This document shows, piece by piece, positions 28,238-38,544 of a stretch of DNA of 64,000 nt (positions are counted from its first letter, which is position 1; each line of letters starts with the position of its first letter). Made by a program: the position numbers and the translations under genes. The stretch is from Chiloscyllium plagiosum. Taxonomy: Eukaryota. The DNA lies in NCBI RefSeq assembly GCF_004010195.1, contig NC_057719.1, positions 5,589,258-5,653,257 on the forward strand, in the 5' to 3' direction. Below the pieces are notes generated by a model, which saw only the letters and a list, made by a program, of their open reading frames with translations, was not told the origin of the DNA and did no database searches.

Positions 28238-28605
28238 TAGAGGCATAGAGATACATAGCACGGAAACAGATACTTCCCTCCAACTTGTTCATGTCAACCA
28301 TACATCCTAAATAAATCTAGTCCAATTTGCCAGCATTTGGCCTATATCCCTCTAAACCCTTTCTATTCATATACCTATCCAGATGCCTTTTAAATGTTGT
28401 AATTGTACCAGCCTCCACCACTTCCTCTGGCAGCTCATTCCATATACGCACCACCCTCTGTGTGAAAAAGTAGCCCCTGAGGTCCTTTTAAAATCTTTCC
28501 CCTCTCACCTATATCATCTAGTTTTGGACATCCCATCCTGTGGAAAAGCCCTTGTCCATGTACCCTATCCATGCTCCTCATGATATTATAAACTCTTTAT
28601 AAGTG
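28238..28605 (-). mobile_element. CR1 3' end
   Basis: Reverse complement of the CR1 C-terminus and 3' UTR. Confidence 0.85.
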
Positions 28606-29052
28606 ACCTTTTAACTATCAACCACCACCAGTAAACCATGGGTCCACTTTATGGTTTTTCATTGGAGGAGGGAGTTGATATATGCTAATGAACCAGTTCA
28701 GAGGTGCTATTACACTGCTCTGGAGCAGATGAGAATTGAAACCAGGTCCTAGCTCAGAGGTAGGTAAACAGCCACAAACAGAGCATTATCTCCAGAGCAT
28801 TAGCTTAGGTCTCTGAGGTACTAGCTCAGTAACTAATATTATCATCACTCAGGGTTGTGCAGGGCTGCTCTCTCCTTAGAGAAAAGTGACCGGTATAATC
28901 TTGTCTCAGGTGACGGGTGAGGTTAATCAACCTTCACGGTGTCCTCAGTTGGTGCAGAAATTGAACCCATACTGTTGATATCTGTCTGCATTACAAACCA
29001 GGTGCTTCACATGCAACTTAACAACATTCTACGGAAAAACTGCCTGTGACTT

Positions 29053-29135
29053 TGGTAGCAGTGGATTTTCAGACCACAACTTAATAGTCACTCAAGTTTA
29101 AATTCTGCACCTTAGACCACTTAGCCACATTGCTA
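29053..29135 (-). pseudogene. Decayed tRNA-Leu-like sequence
   Basis: The minus strand reads tagcaatgtggctaagtggtctaaggtgcagaatttaaac...aatccactgctacca. This aligns by eye to type II tRNA-Leu (GGTAGCGTGGCCGAGCGGTCTAAGGCGCTGGATT...CCCACCGCTGCCA). The T-loop/B box is degraded. Confidence 0.65.
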
Positions 29136-29608
29136 TGGGCCTTCATTTTTTAACCAATTTTATAATAAAGCTACTCAAAGATGAAATTGCACACCTCTGG
29201 AGGAGGTGGGACTTGAACTCAGGCCCCGGGCTCAAACGTAGCGTACTACCACTGCATTCAACAGCTGCCTTAAGATTTAATGAACCTGTTCAGTAATGTT
29301 TTAAACGCCTTAGAAGCAGGTGAGTCTTGAACCTAGGCCTCCTGGCTTAGACATAGGAGCTCTACCATTGCACCATAAGAGTCTTGTTTGGGTCTGTTTT
29401 ATTGTTTTCCTTTATTTTTTTCAATCAGCCTGTTTAGAGTTGTTATTTGCATACCTCTCGAGCAGATGAGACTTGAGCCCAGGTCTCCTGGCTCAGAGTT
29501 AGGGTTGCTACCACTGCATCACAAGAGTCCCCTTTGGATCTGTTTTTTAAAATCTTTTTATACCCAGAAGTGCAATTAAACACAACTGAGCAACTTTCCC
29601 ACCCTGGG

Positions 29609-30150
29609 AGTGACAATGCAGTCACTTTAAAAAAAGTTATTTTGTCCTTTTGGTCATAAAGGCGGAGGTGCCAAAAAGTCTACTCTAATAATGGCAGGGG
29701 AATGACCAGTTCTCTAGTTTGGTTTAGTTGTAACAGTGAGAAGCTGCTGCAGCGCAGAAATGTTCCAAGCTTCAGCAGATGGTCCCTGACTGGCTTTCTC
29801 TTTGACATTTCTTTGGAAGTTGTTTCCTCCTGCCAGAAAGAATCTGAGTTTGAATTTGCCTTTTGCCAAGGGGTGTGATTATGGGATGTTACAGGAATTG
29901 GAACAGCTCCTTAGTAAAGTTGCTGTATCAAGTCGGTTGGGTTTCAAATAGTTAAGTTATTCTAAATTCTGTTTTGTTCGTTCATGTTTCAACTACAATG
30001 TTTAAGTAAATTCTGTTTGCTTAAAGCCGAGTGGTTTGATCAGCTGCATCACTCCTGGAATATCCACTTCATGCCTTTAAAATAAGAAAAACTTAGGGTT
30101 TGGGCTACATTCTTAAAATATTTTGAGGGGGTCTGGCCTGATCCATAACA
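29609..30150. mobile_element. Probable solo LTR
   Basis: 542-bp insert, (a)gtgaca...cataaCA, flanked by 4-bp direct repeats TGGG (29605-29608, 30151-30154). It splits the array linker; the expected 5' TG reads AG. Confidence 0.6.
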
Positions 30151-30394
30151 TGGGTCTGCTTTATATTTTCTAATCAACCTGTTCAGAAATGTTATTACAC
30201 ACCACTGGAGCAGGTGGTACTTGAACCCAGGCTTTCCAGTTCAGGAGTAGGGACATTACCACATCAGCACAAGTACCCTATGGGTCTGCTTTTTTTTTCT
30301 CTTTTCTTTTCCATTTCTCTTATACCCAGAAGTACTATCACTCACAACCGAGTGACTTTCCTACCACCATAATCATGTGGGTCTGCTTTATATA

Positions 30395-30555
30395 CAGAGG
30401 AACCTAATTTATTCGGCATTCAATTATCTGAAAATTGGATTATCCAACAAGATAATCCTTGGCTAAACTGTTACTCGGCATTCGATTATCCAGAACTTGA
30501 TTAACCGACCGAAATATTCCCTGCCCGTGTCCTTCAGATAATCAAGGTTCCTCTG
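30395..30555. mobile_element. Tc1/mariner (Tigger-like) MITE
   Basis: TA-cagaggaacct ... aggttcctctg-TA: perfect 11-bp terminal inverted repeats with TA duplication; internal gattatcc repeats. Confidence 0.85.
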
Positions 30556-30732
30556 TAGTTTGAAAACCACCTATTTCGAGATGCTATTACACACCACAGG
30601 AGCAGATAGGACTTGAACCCAGAATCTCCTGGGTCAGAGATAGGGACACATCTACTGCATCACAAGGCCCAGGTGTTGAGTTCAGGCTGGGCAGGCCAAT
30701 TCCTGTTAGCAAGGGAACTCCACAAGGGATAT

Positions 30733-31000
30733 TAGAACATAGAACAATACAACGCCTTCGGCCCTCGATGTTGTGCCGACCTGTGAACTATTCTCAGCTC
30801 GTTCCCCCTACACTATCCCAAAATCATCCATGTCCTTTCCTAAGGATTGTTTAAATATCCCTAACATGGCTGCATTAACTACATTGGCGGGTAGGGCATT
30901 CCACACCCTTGCCACTCTCTGTGCAAAAAACCTGCCTCTGACATCTGTCTTAAATCTATCACCCCTCAATTTGTAGTTATGCCCTCTCATACAAGCTGAT
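30733..31000 (-). mobile_element. CR1 3' end
   Basis: ORF 30808-30990(-) RGHNYKLRGDRFKTDVRGRFFAQRVARVWNALP; agaacat tail. Confidence 0.85.
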
Positions 31001-31947
31001 TAATTAGTACTTCCCTGTGGACTTTGCAGGGGTTATCACAATGGTCAGCTATAATAGGAAGGGGCTTTCACCATTACAGTCCAGGGAGATCTAGGATAGT
31101 TAGACAATGTTACCATTCTCATTCCAAGGCCTTTAGCACAATATTCAGGTTGACTTTCCAGTGTGATACTTTTGAATGTATCCACCCAGATGGTCTTAAA
31201 ATATCTCGTGATACTATTTCAAAGAAGAGAAAAGGAATTATGTTTACTGTACTGGCCAAAATTTACCCCAAAACCAAAATCATTCAAAGAGATGATCTGT
31301 TTGTTATCTATCTGCTATAAGTGGGTGCTTGCTATGCACAAAATTGGTTGGTATATTTCTTAGAATACCACAGTTCACACTTCAAAGCCACATTTCAAAT
31401 ATACTTAATTGGTTGAGAAATGCTTTGGGATGTCCTGAGAATAAAATATTTTTCAACGTGCAAACGTAATTTTTTTTTCTAATCATAGAAAATGGTGCTA
31501 AAGTGACCTGCATGTGCAATTCACTGACATTTACACATACTGCTGCTCTGATTAAGGAATGTAACTTTCATTATTCACCTCTCCCAATACTTTTTCAGTG
31601 CAAACAACCACTTCCTACAAATTAATTTGTAATCCTTTGTACAAAGTGGGCTAGAAATTAGAATGTTCTGATCAGGAAAAATAAATCTGCTAGCAGTCTC
31701 TATGTTCCTAGGAATAATTGCTGAACTAATAACAATCTGATTGTGAATCTTCAGTTACAATCTACGAGACATGCTTATTAAGTGTTATAATTTAACAGAA
31801 GAAAGAGTACAAAATTAACCTCAAAGTACTTTCAACCAGAAATACTATTGTGCAACACCTGAAAGATCCAATATGGCGTGTGTGTGTGCAGCCTGTGCCA
31901 GAAGAACCTGTGAGACATATTTCATGGGGTCAGACCTGAAAATTGGT

Positions 31948-32595
31948 ATTCAGCCAATTATGAGAAAGTGAGGACTGCAGATGCTGTTGAGTCAAAGTCA
32001 AAACATGTGGCACTGGAAAAGCACAGCAGGTCAAGCAGCATTCGAGGAGCAGGAGAATCGACATTTCAGGCATAAACCCTTCATCACTGAGCAACCCCAC
32101 TGTCCTGTGACCAACCACTTCAACTTCCCCTCCCACCCCCCCAAGGACATGCAAGTCCTGGGCCTGCTCCTCTGCCAAATCCAAGCCACCCGACGACTGG
32201 AGGAAGAACACCTGTCCTTCCACTTGGGACCCATCAACCACACAACATTAACTTCACGAGTTTCCAAATCTCCCCTCTCCCCACCTCATCCCAGATACAA
32301 CTGCCCAAATCGGCACCGCTCTCTTGACCTGTCCTATTTGTCCATCTTCCTTCCCACCTATCTGCTTCACCCTTCCCACTGACCTATCATTATTACCCCC
32401 ACCTGTATCCACCTATCACCTTCCCAGCTATTTTCTCTCCACCCCCACCCCACTCTCCTATTTACCTCTCAGCCCCCTTCCCTCCTCCACATTTCTGATG
32501 AAGGGCTTATGCCAGAAATATGGATTCTTCTGCTCCTCGGATACTGCCTGACCTGTTGTGCTTTTCCATTGCCACATTTTTCAATTCAGTCAATT
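31948..32595 (+). mobile_element. Truncated PLE with 5' inverted pLTR and ~12-bp TSD
   Basis: Inverted pLTR (~31961-32086) joined to the GIY-YIG tail (NHFNFPSHPPKDMQVLG) and a direct pLTR. attcag(c/t)caatt occurs at 31948-31959 and 32584-32595. Confidence 0.85.
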
Positions 32596-32706
32596 TTGTA
32601 AACACCTGTCTCCAGCTCCTTTTACCAAATTGTTTGACTGAATATGCTATAGTCCATTTTCCCAGGCACAAATTAGCATTAACTTAAAAGCCCCTGCCCA
32701 CCTAGG

Positions 32707-32944
32707 GATACCTGATAAATGTCAAAAAGTATGGTGCTGGAAAAGCACAGCCGGTCAGGCAGCATCTGAGGAGCAGCAGAGTTGACATTAACTCTTCTTT
32801 CCTGATGAAGAACTGATGCTTGAAACATCGAGTCTCCCGCTCTTTGGATGCTGCCTGACCAGCTGTGTTTTTCCAGCACCACACTTTTCGACCCTGATCT
32901 CTAGCATCTGCAGACCTCAATTTCTGCTAATTGATACTTGATAA
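32707..32944. mobile_element. PLE-derived fold-back element (family A)
   Basis: Inverted arms tggtgctggaaaagcacag / ctgtgtttttccagcacca; TSD gatac(c/t)tgataa. Confidence 0.8.
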
Positions 32945-32959
32945 GTACCTATTCATTCT

Positions 32960-33480
32960 CACATGATCCTCCATTTTAAGTGGCAAGAAAGGCAGTCCGA
33001 CAACAATGTCCTCTCCCAAGCCAAACTATCCAGTATTGAGGTGCTAAGCTCTCCTAAACCAACTCCAATCAGAACATCAGACCGCACAAAGCAATTGCTG
33101 TACTCTGAACTTGGTCATAGCAGGACACTCCCAGGAAGACAACAGACATGCTTTTGAGATGTCCTCAAAGCATCCCTGAAGAAGTTAAACATTGATTCTT
33201 GAGAGTCCATGGTTTGTGGCCAGCCAACATGGAGAGGGCTCATTGAGTAAAGCATCAACAGGTGAAGAAACTTTGTCAGGAACTTCCAGAAGCAAAGTCA
33301 AGATATTAGTGCACCCAAACCACTAAACTATCTACTTAGCCAATTTTATAAAGAACCACTAGATCTGTATATGGCAAAGCCTACAGATCACATATATCAG
33401 CTATCTCAGAACCTGTCAAATTGGAGTAGAAACAAGTCATTCTTGATGCCGAGGGTCTAGCTAAGAAGAGGATTCATTAT
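32960..33480 (+). mobile_element. Decayed RTE-clade LINE 3' fragment
   Basis: RTKQLLYSELGHSRTLPGRQQTCF*DVLKASLKK resembles the RTE ORF C-terminus (PKQLLYGEL...KRFKD.LKASLK). Confidence 0.65.
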
Positions 33481-34061
33481 TTATCATTTAAGTCTGTTCA
33501 AAGCCAAGAACTCAACTTGGTGCACAGACCACCTAGTCTCTGGCTTCTTGCATAAGCAATGATATGAGAAAATTTCGGCTTGCCAAAGTTTGTTTATGGC
33601 TCTGCATATTTACATAAGTGTGAGTCACAGATGGTGGGGCTCCTCGTCCAGATAATAAATGTATTCCATCTGGCTAATTCCAGCTGAACAGTGATCCTGT
33701 GATTCTAGAGTAACCAATTTTAGATAATTAGAAATAAATAAGTTCCAATGAAAAATGTTTACAAATCTTGTCATTTGAAGTAAAACATCTCCAGTCTTGT
33801 CTCAGCTTGATTGCATGAGTATAAAGAACAGTTCAAGGGGTTTAACTGTGAGCATGAAGTCATTGTACACACAATGTAGTGCTCTGTTGAGTCATGGTGC
33901 AAGCATGCTACCACTGTAAGCGATTTGAGTGTGTTTGGCTGGACTGTGAATTGTTGGTAATTCCATTAGCAAAGTGAGCCCCTGCACCCACAGATTGTAG
34001 AACAGGATAGAATGTGTAGTCTGGCCCTTATTTGAGAGTTGATGAGTTCCACAAGTCACTT

Positions 34062-34920
34062 AGAGTCGTAGAGGTGTACAGCTTGGACCCTTCGGTCCAT
34101 CCTGTCCATGCCGACCAGATATCCCAACCCAATCTAGTCCCACCTGCCAGCACCCGGCCCATATCCCTCCAAATCCTTCCTATTCATATACCCATCCAAA
34201 TGCCTCTTAAATGTTATAATTGTACCAGCCTCCACCACATCCTCTGGCAGCTCATTCCATACATGTACTACCCTCTTGGTGAAAAAGTTGCCCCTTAGGT
34301 CTCTTTTATATCTTTCCCCTCTCACCCTAAACCTATGCCCTCTAGTTCTGGACTCCCCGATCCCAGGGAAAAGACTTTGTCTATTTATCCTATCCATGCC
34401 TCTCATAATTTTGTAAGCCTCTATAAGGTCACCCCTCAGCCTCCGATGCTCCAGGGAAAACAGCCCCAGCCTGTTCAGCCTCTCCCTGTAGCTCAAATCC
34501 TCCATCCCTGTCAACATCCTTGTAAATCTTTTCTGAACCCTTTCAAGTTTCACAACATCTTTCCGATAGGAAGGAGACCCGAATTGCACGCAATATTCCA
34601 ACAGTGGCCTAACCAATGTCCTGTACAGCCGCAACATGACCTCCCAACTCCTGTACTCAATACTCTGACCAATAAAGGAAAGCATACCAAACACCTTCTT
34701 CACTATCCTATTTACCTGCGACTCTAATTTCAAGGAGCTATGAACCTGCACTCCAAGGTCTCTTTGTTCAACAACACTCCCTAGGACCTTATCATTAAGT
34801 GTATAAGTCCTGCTAAGATTTGCTTTCCCAAAATGCAGCACCTCGCATTTATCTGAATTAAACTCCATCTGCCACTTCTCAGCCCATTGGCCCAACTGGT
34901 CCAGATCCTGTTGTAATCTC
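34062..34920 (-). mobile_element. Young 5'-truncated CR1
   Basis: Uninterrupted 253-aa ORF 34134-34895(-) covering the CR1 RT C-terminal region. Confidence 0.93.
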
Positions 34921-34989
34921 TGTGAAAATACTTTTTAGCTGCTTTCAATAGATAAGTGCAGAGAAATTTGAACACAGACACTACTCAAA

Positions 34990-35173
34990 AACCAAGTAAA
35001 CAATGATTTGGAGATGCCGGTGTTGGACTGGGGTGTACAAAGTTAAAAATCACACAACACCAAGTTATAGTCCAACAGGTTTAAGTGGAAGCACATTGGA
35101 AACTAGTGTGCTTCCAATTAAACCTGTTGGATTATAACCTGGTATTGTGTGATTTTTAACCAAGTAAACAATG
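34990..35173. mobile_element. PLE-derived fold-back element (family B) with 16-bp TSD
   Basis: aaccaagtaaacaatg at 34990-35005 and 35158-35173; ~50-bp inverted arms. Confidence 0.85.
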
Positions 35174-35453
35174 TGATTGTTCCTCTCAACAGTTTCTCTT
35201 TAATTCAGATATATGGCTTGTAATCAAAGCTATTTACTTTATGATTTCTATTAAGTATTTATATTCACTGCTGACTTAATTTAAAGCAAGGTTTTTTTCT
35301 CATTCTCCCATTAGCATTCTGAAACCAGCCTTACAATAGATTACAACTTGTGCAAGTCCGTTTCTCCTATCTTCACCTTATTGATTTCTTCGGGCATGTG
35401 AGTTGAACAAGGAATAGTCACAGGACATTTAAATACAGAACCAAGCATAGACA

Positions 35454-35669
35454 ATCCCAAACACTACGGCGAAAATGAGGACTGCCGATGCTGGAGATCA
35501 GAGTCAAGGTTAGAGTGGTGCTGGAAAAGCACAGCAGGTCAGGGAGCATCCAAGGAGCAGGAAAATCGACCTGATCAAGAGCTTTTGCCCGCAACGTTGA
35601 TTTTCCTGCTCCTCGGATGCCGCCTGACCTACTGTGCTTTTCCAGCACCACTCTAACCTATCCCAAACA
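35454..35669. mobile_element. PLE-derived fold-back element (family A, reverse orientation)
   Basis: Arms ggttagagtggtgctggaaaagcacag / ctgtgcttttccagcaccactctaacc; TSD atcccaaaca. Confidence 0.85.
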
Positions 35670-36032
35670 GTAGTCAAACAGGAATACTGTTCATGGAGGT
35701 CGCAGTGGCAGGAAACCTGCTCATTCTTTCCATCATTAACTCAGAGGCACTGAGTTTATTAAGCAGCTTTGCTGCTGCCCTTGAACAGAGCAGCCAGCTC
35801 AGCACAGGCTTCTGGTCTGTACATGGTTTGATACGAAGCTCTACATTATATTTATTAATTTGACATTGAGGAAACTGTAACATTTTCTTTGTAGCAGAAA
35901 CTGCACCTGCCAAAATTTTGTTTTAAAAATTGTATGGTTTTTCCAGTGATTTAGGATGTACGCTTTTGATCTACACAAATTGAAAGAGCAGTTTTTTCTC
36001 TCAGTTCCTCCTTGTCTTCCATAATTATTCTA

Positions 36033-36372
36033 TGATGTGGAGGTGCCAGTGTTGAACTGGAGTGGACAAGGTCAGAAGTACACAATACTAGGTTATACAG
36101 GGCAACCTTGATTATCTGAACATCGATTATCCGAATTTTGGATTATCCGTACAAGATCTCAAAGTCCCGATGCTTTGGATTATCCGAACAAGATACTGCC
36201 AACTCATGTCATTCACATAATCGAGGTTGTTCTGTAGTCCGACAGGTTTATTTGAAATCACAAGCTTTCAGAACTCTGCTCTTTCATCAGGTGAAGTGAC
36301 TTGGCAAAAGAGCAGCCCTTGTAATTTCAAATAAACCTGTTGGGACTATGATCTGGTGTCGTGTGACTTCTT
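36033..36372. mobile_element. Family-B fold-back element interrupted by a MITE
   Basis: The consensus aggttaTAgtcc is split at the TA by the MITE. The minus strand carries cctgatgaaagagcagagttctgaaagctt. Confidence 0.75.
36098..36234. mobile_element. Tc1/mariner (Tigger-like) MITE
   Basis: TA-cagggcaaccttgattat ... ataatcgaggttgttctg-TA; related to 30395-30555. Confidence 0.82.
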
Positions 36373-36851
36373 ATGTAGTTACTCCAATCTCAGAACATTA
36401 TGATGAAGGTTCATGATACATTGTTGTTATTTGTAAACTTGGGTTCTAAAGTGAAAATAATTATGTATAGCCTTAAGTCTGATTTATGTTTTGATATTGT
36501 GTATATGTTAAGAAGGCAAGGACAGGACAGTTTAGTTTCATTTTAAATTAATTCTGTGAGTGTTACTGGTTTCTCTGGAAATGTGTTTACTTGCATTTAT
36601 ATGAGACATTTCAAAAAGATTGATATTTAATTGTGGTGAAAGTTCAGTGCTTCATAAACAAAGTGTATAATTATTTATTCTAAATATTAATGAGGGAAGC
36701 AAATATCCTATAGCAGAGTTTGCAAATGATACAAAAATAGATGGAAAGACAAATGGTGAGAATAACACAAAGAGCCTGCAGATGGATAAAGAGTGGGCAA
36801 AAACTTGGCAGATGAAATATAATGTCATAATGTTGGTAGGAGCAATAAAGG

Positions 36852-37158
36852 ATTAGATTAGATTACTTACAGTGTGGAAACAGGCTATTCGGACCAACAA
36901 GTCCACACCGACCCTCCGAAGAGCAACCTACCCAGCCACATTCCCCTACACCTAACACTGTGGGCAATTTAGCATGGCCAATTCACCTAACTTGCACATC
37001 CTTTAGACTGTGGGAGGAAACCGGAGCACCTGGAGGGAACCCACGCAGACACGGGGAGAATGTGCAAACTCCACGCAGACAGTTGCCTGAGGCAGGAATT
37101 GAACCCGGGTCTCTGGCACTGTGAGGCAGCAGTGCTAACCACTGAGCCACCGTGCTGC
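36852..37158 (-). mobile_element. HE1-type (V-SINE) elasmobranch SINE
   Basis: Minus strand ggcagcacggtggctcagtggttagcactgctgcctcac...gggttcaattcc (A and B boxes), central tggagtttgcacattctccccgtgtctgcgtggg, and (taatc)n tail. Confidence 0.88.
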
Positions 37159-37429
37159 CAAAGGAGCAGAATATTATCATAGAATGTCTGTGTGGAATCA
37201 GACCATTCAGCTCATCGAGTCCACACTGACCCTCCAAAGAGAATCCCACCCGGACCCACCACCTCCCCAATCCCTGTAACCCTGCCTTTCCTATTGCTAC
37301 AAGGAAAAAGGAAGAGAATGGGGTTGAGAAACACATCAGCTCGATTGAATTATGGCGCAAACTGGATGGGCCAAATGGCCTATTCCTACTCCTATATTGT
37401 ATTCTAGGCCTCTCAAAATGAATACTAAC

Positions 37430-38012
37430 ATTGGCTTTCATTGGCAGGGGGAATGAGTTTAAAAGCTGCAGCTCTATTCAGCCCTGGTTAGACCACACTT
37501 AGAATATTGTGTTCACTTCTGGTCCCCTCACTATAGGAAGGATGTGGAAGCTCTAGAGAGAGTGCAGAGGAGATTTGCCTGGGCTGGAGGGCAGGTCTTA
37601 TGAAGAAAGGCTGAGGGAGCTAGGGTTTTTCTCACTGGAGCGAAGAAGGGTAATGGGTGACTTGATAGAGGAGTATAAGCTGATGAGAGGCATCGATAGA
37701 GTGGATAGCCAGAGACTTTTTCCCGGGGTGGAAATGGCTATCATGAGGGGGCATAATTTTAAGATGATTGGAGGAAGGTTCAGGGGCGATATCAGAGGTT
37801 GGTTCTTTACACAGAGAGTGGTGGGTGAGCGGAATGCACTGGCAGTAGTGTAGTAGAGTCAGTTCATTAGGGACATTTAAGCGACACTTGGATAGGCACA
37901 TGGATGATAGTAACATGAAGAGGTAGGTAGTTTGATCTTAGAGTAGGATAAAGTGTCGGCACAACATCAAAGGGCCAAAGGACCTGTGCTGTGCTGTACT
38001 GTTCTATGTTCT
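37430..38012 (+). mobile_element. CR1 3' fragment
   Basis: ORF 37575-37853 [23 protein letters not shown]; gttctat tail. Confidence 0.88.
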
Positions 38013-38014
38013 AT

Positions 38015-38198
38015 GTAATTCACCAAGCCTGCACATCTTTGGACTGTTGGAGGAAACTGGAGCAGCCAGAGAAAACTCATGCAGACACAGGGTGAATGTA
38101 CAAACTCCACAGAGACAGTTGCCTGAGGCTGGAATCGTACCATGGTTCATGGCGCTGAGAGGCAACAGTGGTAACCACTGAGCCACTAAGCTGCTGCA
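38015..38198 (-). mobile_element. HE1-type SINE fragment
   Basis: Diverged copy of the 5' part of 36852-37158. Confidence 0.75.
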
Positions 38199-38544
38199 TT
38201 ATGGGAAAAGACTATCGAAAGCTGCAGCACGGAAGGATTTGGAAATCCTCATGCATAAGTCTGAAAAGGCTAAATACAAATTCAGCTGGTAATACAACAT
38301 GGAATATTGGTCTTTATTTCAAAGGAGATGGAGTCCAAAAATAGGGAAGTCTTGCTCAAACTATACAAGACATTAGACAACACCAAGAATACTATGAGTT
38401 GTTTTGGGCCCCTTATACAAGGAAAATATGCTGGCATTAAATGTAGTCCAGAGAAGATTCAATAAATTGATCCCGGTTATGCAAGGACTGTCTTACAAAG
38501 AGGAGCAAAGTGCGTTAGGATTTGTTGGAGTTTAGAACATTGAA

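Larger units (their letters stand above)
28639..30672 (-). repeat. Head-to-tail array of ~6 diverged tRNA-derived units
   Basis: The + strand motif acacc(t/a)ctggagcaggtg.gacttgaacccagg recurs at ~28710, 29190, 29305, 29450, 30195 and 30590. On the minus strand each has A-box-like tggtgcagtgg and B-box ggttcaagtcc. Most units are joined by a tgggtctg(c/t)ttt-like linker. Confidence 0.8.

Noticed and set aside
28639..30672. CRISPR-like repeat-spacer array
   Set aside because: The context is a eukaryotic intron. The units are long, diverged and tRNA-like with irregular spacing, and there are no cas genes.
34032..34727. Plus-strand ORFs such as MPSSSGLPDPREK and HADQISQPNLVPP, repeated through the window
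   Set aside because: They are antisense shadows of the CR1 RT and 3' UTR.
35030..35160. Pre-miRNA hairpin
   Set aside because: The hairpin is explained by a multi-copy PLE-derived fold-back with a TSD, and there is no independent evidence for a miRNA.
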